A DNA stretch of 64,000 nucleotides, taken from contig JAYPJF010000002.1 of the NCBI GenBank assembly GCA_038128225.1, forward strand, positions 103,451 through 167,450, in the 5' to 3' direction. This document shows positions 48,426 to 58,309 of this stretch, one piece after another. The notes below the pieces were generated by a model that was not told the DNA's origin, ran no database searches, and was given only the letters and a program-made list of their open reading frames with translations. The first letter of the stretch is position 1; each line of letters starts with the position of its first letter. The stretch comes from a bacterium. GTDB lineage: Bacteria > Patescibacteriota > Minisyncoccia > Phycocordibacterales > UBA2100. Position numbers and translations under genes: made by a program.

Positions 48426-48487
48426 CTTGCCAAGACCTCTGAGTTGTGTGATGATCGTCTTGGCATAAGAAATTAATGGAGGGTTCA

Positions 48488-48619
48488 ATGAGAGTTGGAA
48501 GCTGCGTGCTTGGGGCATGCCTGGCGGCGATCGTCACGCTTTTTCTTGTGGCGCACATCATCGAAGCAGGAAGTCTTCTCGGTCGCGTGCCCGTTCCTAT
48601 AGCGCTCGTGGAGGAGTGA
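48488..48619 (+). CDS. small membrane protein (43 aa)
   Basis: SD GGAGGG 6 nt before the ATG; one TM helix. Confidence 0.35.
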   Translation: MRVGSCVLGACLAAIVTLFLVAHIIEAGSLLGRVPVPIALVEE

Positions 48620-48624
48620 ATGTC

Positions 48625-48813
48625 ATGAGCACTGTAATTGCAGCAGGCGTGCTTGCCGGGATCATCTTGGTAGTGTTGTCAAAGCACTTGCCGAGAAGTC
48701 TCACAAGGCGCCGCTTTCAGATAGGCCGCAGTGACGTGGCCGTCAAAGAGGCACTCGCGATAAGCGGTCTTGTCATTGTTCTCGCATTCGGCGCAGCATA
48801 CGCGCTGAGCTAA
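48625..48813 (+). CDS. small membrane protein (62 aa, two TM)
   Basis: SD GGAGGAG before the ATG; immediately follows the 43-aa ORF. Confidence 0.4.
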   Translation: MSTVIAAGVLAGIILVVLSKHLPRSLTRRRFQIGRSDVAVKEALAISGLVIVLAFGAAYALS

Positions 48814-48850
48814 AGGTTCAAGAGAAGATCCCCGGCCACAGCGCCGGGGA

Positions 48851-50272
48851 TCAGTTTTTTATATACATGACTCCATCTTGAGTATCAACAACCTCGTACC
48901 CCTTAGCGACTATTTCTTTGCGCAATTCGTCGGCGTCCGCCCAGTTTTTTTGAGCGCGTGCCTCTTCTCGACGCACTGCAATGACGTGAACATCCTGCGG
49001 CAAGTCTTGCAAGGAAGTGGCTTTTGGCTTGGCTCGGGAAGCAAGTGCGGCGTTTTTTTCGAGGAGACCGAGTCCCAAAACCGCATCCGCGTGCTCCAAA
49101 AATTGCACTAACGCGTGTCCAGAAAGCGAAGTGTCGCCAATGGCCTCCCAAACGATTGCAAGCGCTCCAGGCGTATCGACGTCGTCATTTATGCGCTCAT
49201 GGAAACGTTCAGTGTAGGTTTCTGCGGGGTCGCCTTCGTCTTTTCCGCGCGCATAATAGGCTTTGTGTAATCGGGTAAGCGCAGTTTGGGCAGCATCAAG
49301 TGCAGCCCATGAAAAACTACTGGGTGATCGATAGTGTGCAGTCAAAAACCAGTAGCGCAACGCGAGTGGATGATATCCTTTTTCAACAATCGTGTGCAAA
49401 TAAACCACGTTGCCTTCAGATTTCGCAATTTTGTGGCCATCAAGCTGTATGTGTGCGCGATGAAGCCAGAATCGCGAAAACGGTTTTCGTCCTGTCGCCG
49501 CTTCAGACTGTGCAATTTCATTATTGTGATGGATGGCAATATGCTCGATACCGCCCGTATGAATATCGATTTGTTCACCAAGTTCTGCACGAGCCATTGC
49601 TGAGCACTCTATGTGCCAACCAGGGAAGCCGCGCCCCCACGGAGATTCCCAGCCGAGCGCCGCATTATTCTTCCAAAGCGCGAAATCTGCCGCATGTATT
49701 TTTTCCGTATTGGTGACACGACCTTCTTCTAGTTTTTGATCGCGCAAGCCCCCCAACATGCCGTATTCGGGAAAGCGGGATGTATCAAAATACACACCAT
49801 CAGATGTCTTATACACGTACCCTTTTTCAGCGATTGTTTGGATGAGTGCGATTTGTGCAGGGATATACTCGCTCGCGCGTACAAACGTGATTGCAGATTC
49901 GGTTACGTTGAGCATTCGAATATCTTCGAGGTACTGTTTTATATATTTATCTGCGAGCATTCGCATACCTTCAAGCGACATTGGAAGGCCTTCGCGCTTG
50001 ATTCCCTTGGTCATTTTGTCTTCACCGTCGTCAGCGTCAGAAACCAAGTGACCAAAGTCGGTAAAGTTAATGACTTGGCGCACTTCGAGTGTGTTTGCGA
50101 TGAGAATTCGGCGAAGCGTATCAGCGAAGACGGCGGCGGAAAGGTTTCCTATGTGTTGCACATCGTACACCGTGGGCCCGCAGTTATACATGCGCACCGC
50201 TCGCCCTTGGGGCGCGGTAAATGTTTCTTTGGTGCGTGTCAGTGTATTGAAAAAATGTAACGGAGGCATCAA
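48851..50272 (-). CDS. cysS: cysteinyl-tRNA synthetase
   Basis: HIGN motif (VQHIGNLSA); KMSKS-like KIAKSEGN; zinc-binding Cys near the N-terminus (MYNCGPTVYD). Confidence 0.9.
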   Translation of the reverse strand: MMPPLHFFNTLTRTKETFTAPQGRAVRMYNCGPTVYDVQHIGNLSAAVFADTLRRILIANTLEVRQVINFTDFGHLVSDADDGEDKMTKGIKREGLPMSLEGMRMLADKYIKQYLEDIRMLNVTESAITFVRASEYIPAQIALIQTIAEKGYVYKTSDGVYFDTSRFPEYGMLGGLRDQKLEEGRVTNTEKIHAADFALWKNNAALGWESPWGRGFPGWHIECSAMARAELGEQIDIHTGGIEHIAIHHNNEIAQSEAATGRKPFSRFWLHRAHIQLDGHKIAKSEGNVVYLHTIVEKGYHPLALRYWFLTAHYRSPSSFSWAALDAAQTALTRLHKAYYARGKDEGDPAETYTERFHERINDDVDTPGALAIVWEAIGDTSLSGHALVQFLEHADAVLGLGLLEKNAALASRAKPKATSLQDLPQDVHVIAVRREEARAQKNWADADELRKEIVAKGYEVVDTQDGVMYIKN

Positions 50273-50305
50273 GGCAACTCTACCCGAATTTCACTGAAAG
50301 GGCCA

Positions 50306-51232
50306 CTAGAGCCAGTGCTTGCGTTTGAAATATAGAAACATAAGAATGCCCGTAACCCCCATTCCGGCTATGATCATCCAAAATCCATACGGCGAATCCG
50401 CGATGGGTGTTTGTACCGTATTCATGCCAAAAATTCCTGTAATGAGCGTGAGAGGGAACGTGACAAACGCCATAATCGTAAGCACTTTCATAATCTCGTT
50501 TTGTTTAGTCGTGAGCAGAGAGTTATTGGTTTCGCGCAGCTCTTTGAGAGACTCACTATGACGTTGTATCAAACCATGAACTCGGTAGTACTCATTAATT
50601 AAATTGCGCGCTGATAGTCGGTATGTGCTACCAAAAAAAGTTTCAGCATCACTCTCAAACTGACGGAGCACATCACGGTGTGGCTCTATAGATTGACGAA
50701 GGTTGAGGAGATTTCGTCCGACTTGTGACAGTGTCGCAACCATTTCGCGTTCGCGTCCCTCGAAAATTTGGGTTTCAACATCATCGAGCATGTCACCGAT
50801 GTATGCCACCTCGTGTTCGACAGATTTATACAACTTTCGCAACATGTAGTAAAAAATATAACCCGCATGATCACCTAAATTACTTTTATCTAAAACAGAA
50901 TTTACCTCAAAGATTTTTGAAAACTTATGAAGTGGGTCAACAAGTTCATAACGTGTGGTAATTATAAATTTCTCCCCAATCACAAAATCCACTTCTTGGA
51001 CCGTTGTATTGTGCGTGTGCTTTAGCGCAGGGAAATGCAGTATCAGATACAGGTAGTGTTCATGCAGTTCGGCTCGCGGCTTTGGCGTCGGAAGCAGGAG
51101 CTCTTCCGCGACCGTTGGGTCAATGCCAAACTCGTCCATAATTAAACGCACGTCATCATGCGTTGGCGATTCTAAATCAATCCACACCAATGGACCGTGA
51201 GGATAGCGGTGCATCATGGATCCAGTATACAA
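50306..51232 (-). CDS. corA: CorA-family magnesium/cobalt transporter
   Basis: C-terminal two TM helices with the GMN motif (ITGIFGMNTV). Confidence 0.85.
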   Translation of the reverse strand: MYTGSMMHRYPHGPLVWIDLESPTHDDVRLIMDEFGIDPTVAEELLLPTPKPRAELHEHYLYLILHFPALKHTHNTTVQEVDFVIGEKFIITTRYELVDPLHKFSKIFEVNSVLDKSNLGDHAGYIFYYMLRKLYKSVEHEVAYIGDMLDDVETQIFEGREREMVATLSQVGRNLLNLRQSIEPHRDVLRQFESDAETFFGSTYRLSARNLINEYYRVHGLIQRHSESLKELRETNNSLLTTKQNEIMKVLTIMAFVTFPLTLITGIFGMNTVQTPIADSPYGFWMIIAGMGVTGILMFLYFKRKHWL

Positions 51233-51304
51233 GACGAGTGCGTGAGCTTGTAGTACAAGTGGGGAAGAAGCCGCCTTTTAGGCGGCTTCAGTGATGTTCA
51301 TTCA

Positions 51305-51508
51305 CTAAAAACTTAAACGAAAAAGCAGGCTCGTCTCAAACGCAAGACATAAAACAGTAATAATCAGCAACGCACCGCTGTATTTGTGGCGTGGTGTACC
51401 GAAGATTCCAAGAATTGTTTCTGCCACCCACACCACCAGGACACTTGGGGCACCAATGAACAACGTTGTTGTCATAGCGAGAATCCAAAGTTCAACTAAG
51501 TCGCGCAT
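51305..51508 (-). CDS. small membrane protein (67 aa)
   Basis: Two hydrophobic helices; ORF only. Confidence 0.3.
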   Translation of the reverse strand: MRDLVELWILAMTTTLFIGAPSVLVVWVAETILGIFGTPRHKYSGALLIITVLCLAFETSLLFRLSF

Positions 51509-51594
51509 GAGACCTCCTGTGCATTGGCAACTTCCCGTTTTGTAACGCGTTTGTCGCGCTTTTGCAACATACTTTTGTGTGAGATACTTACTAA

Positions 51595-52842
51595 ATGCGA
51601 ACTATTTCATTATGGACAGGGGCAGCAGTTTTGGTCTTCGCAACCGCACTTTCTTTCGCGGGCGGCATTGTCGTTGGCGCACAGCGAAACGGCATCGCCC
51701 AAACTGCATTAGCATCAGCGCTCTTGCCGGCAGCACAACCTGAAAATGTCGACTTTAGCCCAGTCTGGCGTGCCTGGAAAATTATTGATCAACGGTATGT
51801 GCCTTCGCGCGTCGGCACCAGCACGGCGAGCACGTCTCCAAACGGCGCGACGGACCCTCAAGAGCGTGTATGGGGGCTTGTGCAAGGACTCGCGGCGTCA
51901 CTTGATGACCCGTATACGGTGTTTTTGCCACCGGCTGAAGCGGAAATTTTTGAAGATGATATCAGTGGCGCATTTGAAGGCGTGGGTATGGAGATTGCGA
52001 TTCGTGATCAGCGACTCGTGGTCGTCTCGCCCTTAAAGGACTCGCCGGCATTCACGGCCGGCGTAAAAGCAGGAGATCATATTTACAAAATCGATGGAAC
52101 TGAATCGCGCGGCTTAGGAGTAGACGAGGCGGTAAAATTGATCCGCGGACCAAAAGGAAGTGTCGTTATCTTGACTATTGTGCGCGAAGGAGAGACTGAG
52201 CCGCTTGAAATTAAAGTTACGCGTGACGTGATCAATATTCCTACGATTCAAACGGAGTTGCGCTCTGATGGAATCTTTGTGATAGAGCTTTACAATTTTT
52301 CAGCAGTTTCCTCCGGATTGTTCCGTGATGCGTTGCGCGAATTTGTGCAAACAAGCTCAAACAAACTCATTCTCGATTTGCGTGGGAATCCTGGCGGGTA
52401 CCTGCAAGCAGCGGTGGAAATGGCCAGCTGGTTTCTTAAGGCAGGAGACGTTGTTGTAACTGAAGATTATGCTGACAAAGATGACGCCATTATTCATAAA
52501 AGTCTCGGGTACAATATCTTCACCGACAAGCTCCAGATGGTGATTTTGGTTGATCGCGGTTCGGCTTCAGCTTCTGAAATTCTTGCGGGGGCACTGCGTC
52601 ATTATGGAATTGCAAAGCTTGTCGGCACTAACACTTTTGGAAAAGGCTCAGTACAAGAATTGCTTCCAATAACACAGGACACGTCACTTAAAATCACAAT
52701 CGCGCGCTGGCTCGATCCGGCGGGTGTGCAAATACCAAATGATGGCATAACTCCTGACGTGAAAGTTGAAAATTCTGAAGAGGATGTACAAGCGGGCAGG
52801 GATTTGCAGCTGGAGAAGGCGGTTGAGTTACTAAAAAAGTGA
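51595..52842 (+). CDS. ctpA: C-terminal processing peptidase (S41, CtpA/Prc-like) with PDZ domain
   Basis: N-terminal TM; PDZ (GVGMEIAIRDQRLVVVSPLKDSPAFTAGVKAGD); S41 catalytic blocks (LILDLRGNPGGYL, VILVDRGSASASEILAG). Confidence 0.85.
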   Translation: MRTISLWTGAAVLVFATALSFAGGIVVGAQRNGIAQTALASALLPAAQPENVDFSPVWRAWKIIDQRYVPSRVGTSTASTSPNGATDPQERVWGLVQGLAASLDDPYTVFLPPAEAEIFEDDISGAFEGVGMEIAIRDQRLVVVSPLKDSPAFTAGVKAGDHIYKIDGTESRGLGVDEAVKLIRGPKGSVVILTIVREGETEPLEIKVTRDVINIPTIQTELRSDGIFVIELYNFSAVSSGLFRDALREFVQTSSNKLILDLRGNPGGYLQAAVEMASWFLKAGDVVVTEDYADKDDAIIHKSLGYNIFTDKLQMVILVDRGSASASEILAGALRHYGIAKLVGTNTFGKGSVQELLPITQDTSLKITIARWLDPAGVQIPNDGITPDVKVENSEEDVQAGRDLQLEKAVELLKK

Positions 52843-52888
52843 GAGTTCGCACGTGCGGACCCTCACTTCATTGAGAAAGTTCAGATTG

Positions 52889-53155
52889 CTACTGTTTGAA
52901 GGAAAGTGCACCAAACCATGCGACCCAGTCATCACCACTGGGCATGAAAGCCTTCAGCCAATCGATGAATCCTGGCCTGCGGCCATCAATCCACCAATGC
53001 TCCCAGCCAAAACAGGAGATGAGAACACCGCTTGGGATACGAGCGTGCGCAGCCCTTCTGGCCGCCCAGTAGGAAGAACCTTCTCCCCACAGGTCGCAAC
53101 TTTCGATTCGTTGCCTTGTGTCGTAGTACGACACCGAAATTTTGTAGAGGTACAT
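52889..53155 (-). CDS. hypothetical Trp-rich small protein (88 aa)
   Basis: SD GGAGAAAGA before the ATG. Palindromic hairpin (CGCACGTGCG core) between it and ctpA. Confidence 0.4.
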   Translation of the reverse strand: MYLYKISVSYYDTRQRIESCDLWGEGSSYWAARRAAHARIPSGVLISCFGWEHWWIDGRRPGFIDWLKAFMPSGDDWVAWFGALSFKQ

Positions 53156-53253
53156 TTTGATCTTTCTCCGTTGACCCAGCCAGGTGAATCAAACCATAAA
53201 AGAGGTCGGTGTTCAAGTTTCCCAGCATCCGAACATCAGGGTACTATGGTGTA

Positions 53254-53694
53254 ATGAAAGTCATACTTCTTAAAGATGTCGCAAAAGTCGGGCGCGTCAA
53301 TGAGGTAAAAGACGTTGCGGATGGCTTTGCACTCAACTCACTTTTTCCTCGCAAACTTGCAATTCAGGCTACTGTCGCCGCGCTGAGTGCGCACCAGATG
53401 AAAATGGAAGAGTCGATGCGTGACATTGTCGGGCATGAAAAAAGCGTGCGCAGCGCGCTAGAAAAACTGGCGCATGCGCGTCTTGAAGTGCGTCGGCCTG
53501 CAAACAAAGAAGGTCACTTGTATGAAGCGGTGCGAGAAGAGACGGTTCATGCATTGAGTGAGCAGTATACGCAGACACGATTGCCACACATGCTCACGAG
53601 ATATACCCCTATTAAGACCGTGGGCGAACATGAAGTCACTTTTAGTCATGGAGAGAACAGCGCGCACGCACGCATTATAGTGATTGCGGCGTAG
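53254..53694 (+). CDS. rplI: 50S ribosomal protein L9
   Basis: MKVILLKDVAKVGRVNEVKDVADGFALNSLFPRKLA N-terminal domain signature. Confidence 0.85.
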   Translation: MKVILLKDVAKVGRVNEVKDVADGFALNSLFPRKLAIQATVAALSAHQMKMEESMRDIVGHEKSVRSALEKLAHARLEVRRPANKEGHLYEAVREETVHALSEQYTQTRLPHMLTRYTPIKTVGEHEVTFSHGENSAHARIIVIAA

Positions 53695-53751
53695 TACTGG
53701 AACTTTCAAAAACAAAAACCCTCAGGCGGAGAGGGTGATTGAAAATCGCGA

Positions 53752-54024
53752 CTAATCAATGCGCACGACGCGACGGGTAACCAATTGTCCGTCGTATGTT
53801 GTTTTTCGCTTTGATGAAAATTTAACTGTTCCGGCAGTGAGTGCAAAAAGCGTGTGATCCTTCCCAATGCCAACGTTCTTGCCGGGCAAAATTTTAGTTC
53901 CTCGCTGGCGGACGATCACGGAACCAGGCTGCGCCTTTTGTCCATCCGCAACTTTCACACCCAAATACTTTGGGTTTGAGTCAGTAAGGTTTCTCGCTGT
54001 TCCGCCCGCTTTTCTTGTTGCCAT
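53752..54024 (-). CDS. rpmA: 50S ribosomal protein L27
   Basis: [12 protein letters not shown]...[35 protein letters not shown]. Confidence 0.9.
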   Translation of the reverse strand: MATRKAGGTARNLTDSNPKYLGVKVADGQKAQPGSVIVRQRGTKILPGKNVGIGKDHTLFALTAGTVKFSSKRKTTYDGQLVTRRVVRID

Positions 54025-54395
54025 ACTATATACTTAATGGTGTGGCAGTGAGTATACAAGAAGAGCCCCCAAAGATCAAGTTTTTCGAGAAATGGCAGGG
54101 TTTTGTGATACCCGCATTGGTGGTTCTTGTTGGGGTGGCTAGTTTTGGACTTGGGAGGGTCTCGCGCGGCGAGCGCGCGGATGCGGTGACGATACAAAAT
54201 GTCTCGCAAGAACCCGCAGAACCGCGCGTGCTCGGTGGCCTCGTTGTGGCATCAAAAAGCGGCGACAAGTACCATTTTCCATGGTGTGCTGGGGCAAATA
54301 GCATCAAGGCTGCAAACAGGCTCTGGTTTAAAGACGAAGCCGCCGCTCGTAAGGCTGGGTATACACCAGCAGGTAATTGCAAGGGACTTAAATAG
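54015..54395 (+). CDS. membrane-anchored protein with Ada-like zinc-binding (metal-binding) domain
   Basis: TM helix, then [38 protein letters not shown] resembling the Ada N-terminal Zn domain pattern (YH..C...N...F...A...GYxPC..C). Confidence 0.45.
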   Translation: MLPYYILNGVAVSIQEEPPKIKFFEKWQGFVIPALVVLVGVASFGLGRVSRGERADAVTIQNVSQEPAEPRVLGGLVVASKSGDKYHFPWCAGANSIKAANRLWFKDEAAARKAGYTPAGNCKGLK

Positions 54396-54432
54396 GCAAA
54401 AAAGGACGCCGGCACTTCGTGCCGGCGTCGCG

Positions 54433-54705
54433 TCACCATGCAGGAAACAGTCTCTGCAAAGTCTGTGGGTCAACTCCGCCAAAAAACAAGGCCCAAATAA
54501 TAAGGCCCATAACCACCCAGAACCCGACGAAGGCGAAAATGTCTCGGTGCTTGTTCATGGCGCAGGATTTACCGGAGACGCGGGAGTAGGATTGGTCCAC
54601 CAGCTCGACACGTTTCCCTTAAGAGGGTATAGACGGTTTACTGGGCCTGCAACGAACGTGATCGTGAGCGCGATCACGCACATGCCTTTGAGAATGTAGC
54701 GCATG
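54433..54705 (-). CDS. pair of translationally coupled tiny ORFs (49 aa, 54556-54705; 41 aa, 54433-54558) encoding hydrophobic peptides
   Basis: SD AGGGAGAAAAAGC before the first ATG. ATGA stop/start overlap between the two ORFs. Strong rho-independent terminator (GACGCCGGCAC-GAA-GTGCCGGCGTC-TTTTTT on the minus strand) directly after the second stop. Confidence 0.35.
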
Positions 54706-54719
54706 CTTTTTCTCCCTGG

Positions 54720-55262
54720 CTACTTCAAAAAGTACGCAATAGAGATAACACACCACGTAAACGTGCCCATGCTCGTGATTTTCTGGATTGGGGTGAGTGT
54801 CCAGAAAGTTTCAACGAACGACAGGTCGCTAAAACTACGAGTAGCGAGAGTGAACTGCTCCTCGTAGTCCATGCCCTTTCGGACGCTTACACGAATTCTG
54901 CGTAAAAGATACTGCTCAACGTTCCACGCCGTCAAACCGGCGATGATGCCAAGCGATGGCAGAAACACTTGAAACATTTGCGCGGTAAAGTCTGACGGCA
55001 GGAAACTTCGTGCGAAGTACGCGGCGAGGAACGTCGCGGTCCCACCGATATAGACGTTGAGGGTGGTAACCCTGCTCGTCTCGTCGTTTGCGATCGACGT
55101 GCGCAGTGCCTGTGCGGCCGCTATTTCTCGGCTAGCAGCGGCAAGAGCTTCTGCCGCGCTTAAAACACTGCGCGCAATAGTTGCGCAAAGTTCATGCGTG
55201 GCTCCTTCTAACATGACTCCCTCTATCTTTTGCACAAGTCCCTCGTTCATCGAAACCTCCAC
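54720..55262 (-). CDS. hypothetical membrane protein (180 aa)
   Basis: Several hydrophobic helices; ORF only. Confidence 0.4.
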   Translation of the reverse strand: MEVSMNEGLVQKIEGVMLEGATHELCATIARSVLSAAEALAAASREIAAAQALRTSIANDETSRVTTLNVYIGGTATFLAAYFARSFLPSDFTAQMFQVFLPSLGIIAGLTAWNVEQYLLRRIRVSVRKGMDYEEQFTLATRSFSDLSFVETFWTLTPIQKITSMGTFTWCVISIAYFLK

Positions 55263-55337
55263 AGGTCATTATGGCCCGCGCGACTATACAATTAAAATGT
55301 CTACTGGGCAAGCGAAATAGGGGAGTGGTACACTGTC

Positions 55338-55937
55338 TTGATGATTGTCATCGACATAGAGGCATCTGGAACGGAATATCACAAACACTCAATTGTTTCC
55401 CTTGGGGCAATTGATTTTAGTGATCCGACACGTCAGTTTTACGACGAGTGCCGCATATGGGGTGGCGCACATATCATGGAGGGAGCGCTTCGTGTGAATG
55501 GGTTTAGCGAGGCAGAAATCACGGATCCTGAAAAAAAGGCTGAAGCCGAACTCATTAAAGCATTCATGGCGTGGGCACATGATACACCCGATCGTACGCT
55601 TGCAGGACAGAATGTTTCGTTTGATCGCGATTTTGTAAAAGCAGCATGTGAGCGTGCAAAACACGACTATGATCTTGCCTATCGAACCATTGATACACAC
55701 ACTCTCGCCTGGATGCATATGATAAAGCGGCATCTTGTGCCGCCGATTGATCCAACGCATCATCGGTCAGCACTTGATTTGGATGCGGTGTTAAATTACG
55801 TAGGCATCCCTGCGGAGCCAAACCCTCACAATGCGCTTACCGGCGCAATGTGCCACGCAGAGTGCATCTCACGTCTTTTGTATGATCAAAAGCTTCTCCC
55901 CGAGTTTGAACACCATGACATCCCTTGGCAACAGTAA
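55338..55937 (+). CDS. DEDDh 3'-5' exonuclease domain protein (DnaQ/RNase T-like)
   Basis: Exo I VIDIEASG; Exo II with HD (QNVSFDRDFV); Exo III H-x4-D (HNALTGAMCHAE). Confidence 0.65.
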   Translation: MMIVIDIEASGTEYHKHSIVSLGAIDFSDPTRQFYDECRIWGGAHIMEGALRVNGFSEAEITDPEKKAEAELIKAFMAWAHDTPDRTLAGQNVSFDRDFVKAACERAKHDYDLAYRTIDTHTLAWMHMIKRHLVPPIDPTHHRSALDLDAVLNYVGIPAEPNPHNALTGAMCHAECISRLLYDQKLLPEFEHHDIPWQQ

Positions 55938-56698
55938 AGAGCCAGGCTCGTGATATGCGAAATACGTCATGGGGTGTTGTTGCGGATTGGTATGATGAAC
56001 ATCTAAACTTAGATGACACGCATCATGCTCAAGTAATTGCACCAAATCTTCTACGAATTGTTGCACCACAGGTCACCATGAATCTGTTAGATATCGGGTG
56101 CGGGGAGGGCTACTTTACACGGCTTTTTGAAAAAGCAGGTGCGCACACAGTTGGTACGGACATATCGAAAGAACTTATCGCAAAAGCACAAAAGAAAAGC
56201 TCTGCTGAGTACTATGTGGCGGCGGCACATGCGCTTACGTGTGCGAATGATGCTCAATTCGAAGTGGTAACTGCCGTGTTGACACTCCAAAACATGGAGC
56301 GCATTGAGCCGGTTTTTAAAGAAGTTGCACGCGTGCTCAAACCTCATGGAAGATTCGTTTTTGTGCTTAATCACCCGGCGTTTCGCGTTCCGAAGCGTAG
56401 TAGTTGGGGGTGGGATACTGAGGCGCAGATGCAGTATCGACGCATTGATGCGTACTTGTCTGCGTTCTCGGAAAAAATAAATATGACTCCCGGGGGAGAG
56501 CCGACGTACACATACTCGTTCCACCGCTCTCTTCAAGATTACATGAAAGCGGCGCGCGGTAGCGGTTTTGCTTTCACGCGCCTCGAAGAGTGGGTGTCAC
56601 ATCGCGTTAGTGAACGTGGGCCACGCCAGGGTGCGGAAGATAAAGCGCGAAAAGAGATCCCGTTGTTCTTGGCAATTGAAGCGAGTATAGTGCGATGA
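55925..56698 (+). CDS. class I SAM-dependent methyltransferase
   Basis: Motif I LLDIGCGEGYFT; post-I acidic residue; motif-II-like region. Confidence 0.7.
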   Translation: MATVKSQARDMRNTSWGVVADWYDEHLNLDDTHHAQVIAPNLLRIVAPQVTMNLLDIGCGEGYFTRLFEKAGAHTVGTDISKELIAKAQKKSSAEYYVAAAHALTCANDAQFEVVTAVLTLQNMERIEPVFKEVARVLKPHGRFVFVLNHPAFRVPKRSSWGWDTEAQMQYRRIDAYLSAFSEKINMTPGGEPTYTYSFHRSLQDYMKAARGSGFAFTRLEEWVSHRVSERGPRQGAEDKARKEIPLFLAIEASIVR

Positions 56699-57090
56699 TG
56701 GAGTCGCGCGAATTTGAAATAGCGGTACAAAGAGGCTATGAGCAGCTTCCTGAGTGGGTGCGGCAAAAAATTAAAAATGTCGCGCTTTTGGTTGAAGACG
56801 AGCCGAGTATCGGGGATCGTGCAGCGCAAAAGCTCACGCACGACGAAACACTTTTTGGGTTGTACAAAGGAATACCCCTTTCACTTCGAGGTGTGGAGTA
56901 TGGGGTGGGGGAGACGTATCCTGACACCATTACAATTTATCGCAAGCCGATTATTAAAGCATCGGGCGGCAACGCTACGCGCATTTCGCAGATAGTTGCA
57001 GACACTGTGTGGCATGAGTTTGCACACCATTTTGGACTCACTGAACACGAAGTGCGCGCAAGAGAAAAGCAGCGCGGCATAGTATACTGA
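56695..57090 (+). CDS. zincin-like metallopeptidase family protein (DUF1025-like, HExxH)
   Basis: HEFAHHFGL motif near the C-terminus; small size typical of the family. Confidence 0.55.
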   Translation: MMESREFEIAVQRGYEQLPEWVRQKIKNVALLVEDEPSIGDRAAQKLTHDETLFGLYKGIPLSLRGVEYGVGETYPDTITIYRKPIIKASGGNATRISQIVADTVWHEFAHHFGLTEHEVRAREKQRGIVY

Positions 57091-57094
57091 GCAT

Positions 57095-57865
57095 ATGCCT
57101 ATCATCTTACTTTCGGTCATTGTGGGTGCACTAGGTTGTGCAGTGCTGGTGTTGCGACAGGTTAACCAATATGAACGAGGCGTGTTGTTTACCATGGGTC
57201 GATTTACGAAAGTTGTTGAGCCAGGGTGGCGCATTGTTATCCCAATCTTCCAAGGCATGAGTAAGATCGACATGCGCGTCAAAGCGGTTGATGTGCCAGA
57301 GCAAAAAGCAATCACCAAGGACAATATTCCTGTTGGGGTAAATGCGGTGATTTATTATCGCGTTGCAGAAGCATCGCACGCCGTGCTCGAAGTTGAAAAT
57401 TTCTTTGATGCGATGAGCCAACTTGCGCAAACGACTATGCGCAACGTCGTCGGGGAAGTGGAGCTTGATGAGCTACTTGCCCAGCGGGACAAAATTTCTT
57501 CACGTATTCGCGACATCGTTGATGTCGCAAGCGACCCGTGGGGCATCAAGGTGTCAAATGTTGAACTTAAAGACGTGGTATTGCCGCCAGACATGGAACG
57601 GACGATTGCAAAACAAGCAGAAGCTGAGCGCGAAAAGCGCGCGGTGATTATTAAAGCCGAAGGAGAGGTTATTGCTGCGGAAAACATGGCAAAAGCCGCC
57701 TTGATTCTTGCATCTTCTCCAGGAGCGCTCCACTTGAGAACGCTGCAGTCAATTAATGATATTTCCTCCGACCAATCCAATACCGTTGTGTTTGCGGTAC
57801 CTCTTGAGGTTCTTAGGGCGTTTGAACATACGGTTCCACAAATTACTACGGTGCATAAAAAATAA
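57095..57865 (+). CDS. SPFH/Band-7 (stomatin/prohibitin-like) family protein
   Basis: N-terminal TM; SPFH core; Ala/Glu-rich coiled coil (IAKQAEAEREKRAVIIKAEGE). Confidence 0.8.
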   Translation: MPIILLSVIVGALGCAVLVLRQVNQYERGVLFTMGRFTKVVEPGWRIVIPIFQGMSKIDMRVKAVDVPEQKAITKDNIPVGVNAVIYYRVAEASHAVLEVENFFDAMSQLAQTTMRNVVGEVELDELLAQRDKISSRIRDIVDVASDPWGIKVSNVELKDVVLPPDMERTIAKQAEAEREKRAVIIKAEGEVIAAENMAKAALILASSPGALHLRTLQSINDISSDQSNTVVFAVPLEVLRAFEHTVPQITTVHKK

Positions 57866-57871
57866 ATTTGT

Positions 57872-58309
57872 ATGTCTGACTCACTTCGCTCTTTAGTCAA
57901 AGTTTTTCTTAACGCGCACCGCAAAATGGTGCTTGCGGTTTTAGACGACACAGGACGACCAAATGTGTCATTGATGCTCTATGCCGTCGACGACAACTTG
58001 AACTTCTATTTCGGCACACGTAAGCAATTTGGAAAATATAAGTCACTCCAGAAAGATGCCCGCGTCGCTGTGTTGGTGCAAGAAGAAGGGCTCGATCCGC
58101 TCCGTGTAGTAGACGTGCAGGGGCACGCAGAAGAATTGAGCGCCGAGGAAACAAAAGAAAAACTTACTTTTTTGGAAAGCAAAAACCCAGCAAAATATTA
58201 TGTTAAAGACGCGGAGGATTTTGTCATGTTCCGAGTCGTTCCGGAAAATGTGCGTTGGCTTGATGCGACAAGTGGTGAGCTCAAATCAGAAGTTGTTCCG
58301 CTCAGCTAA
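57872..58309 (+). CDS. pyridoxamine 5'-phosphate oxidase-like FMN-binding split-barrel protein
   Basis: Size and pattern (MVLAVLDDTGRPNVSLMLYAVDD...YFGTRKQFGKYKSL) of the PNPOx-like fold. Confidence 0.55.
   Translation: MSDSLRSLVKVFLNAHRKMVLAVLDDTGRPNVSLMLYAVDDNLNFYFGTRKQFGKYKSLQKDARVAVLVQEEGLDPLRVVDVQGHAEELSAEETKEKLTFLESKNPAKYYVKDAEDFVMFRVVPENVRWLDATSGELKSEVVPLS

Noticed and set aside
52853-53254. 133-aa + strand ORF between ctpA and rplI
   Set aside because: No start signal and poor composition. The opposite-strand 88-aa Trp-rich ORF has a proper SD and is the better candidate.
54199-54699. 166-aa + strand ORF
   Set aside because: Overlaps the Ada-like gene out of frame. It also runs through the strong minus-strand terminator hairpin and the micro-ORF pair. 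Composition is not protein-like.
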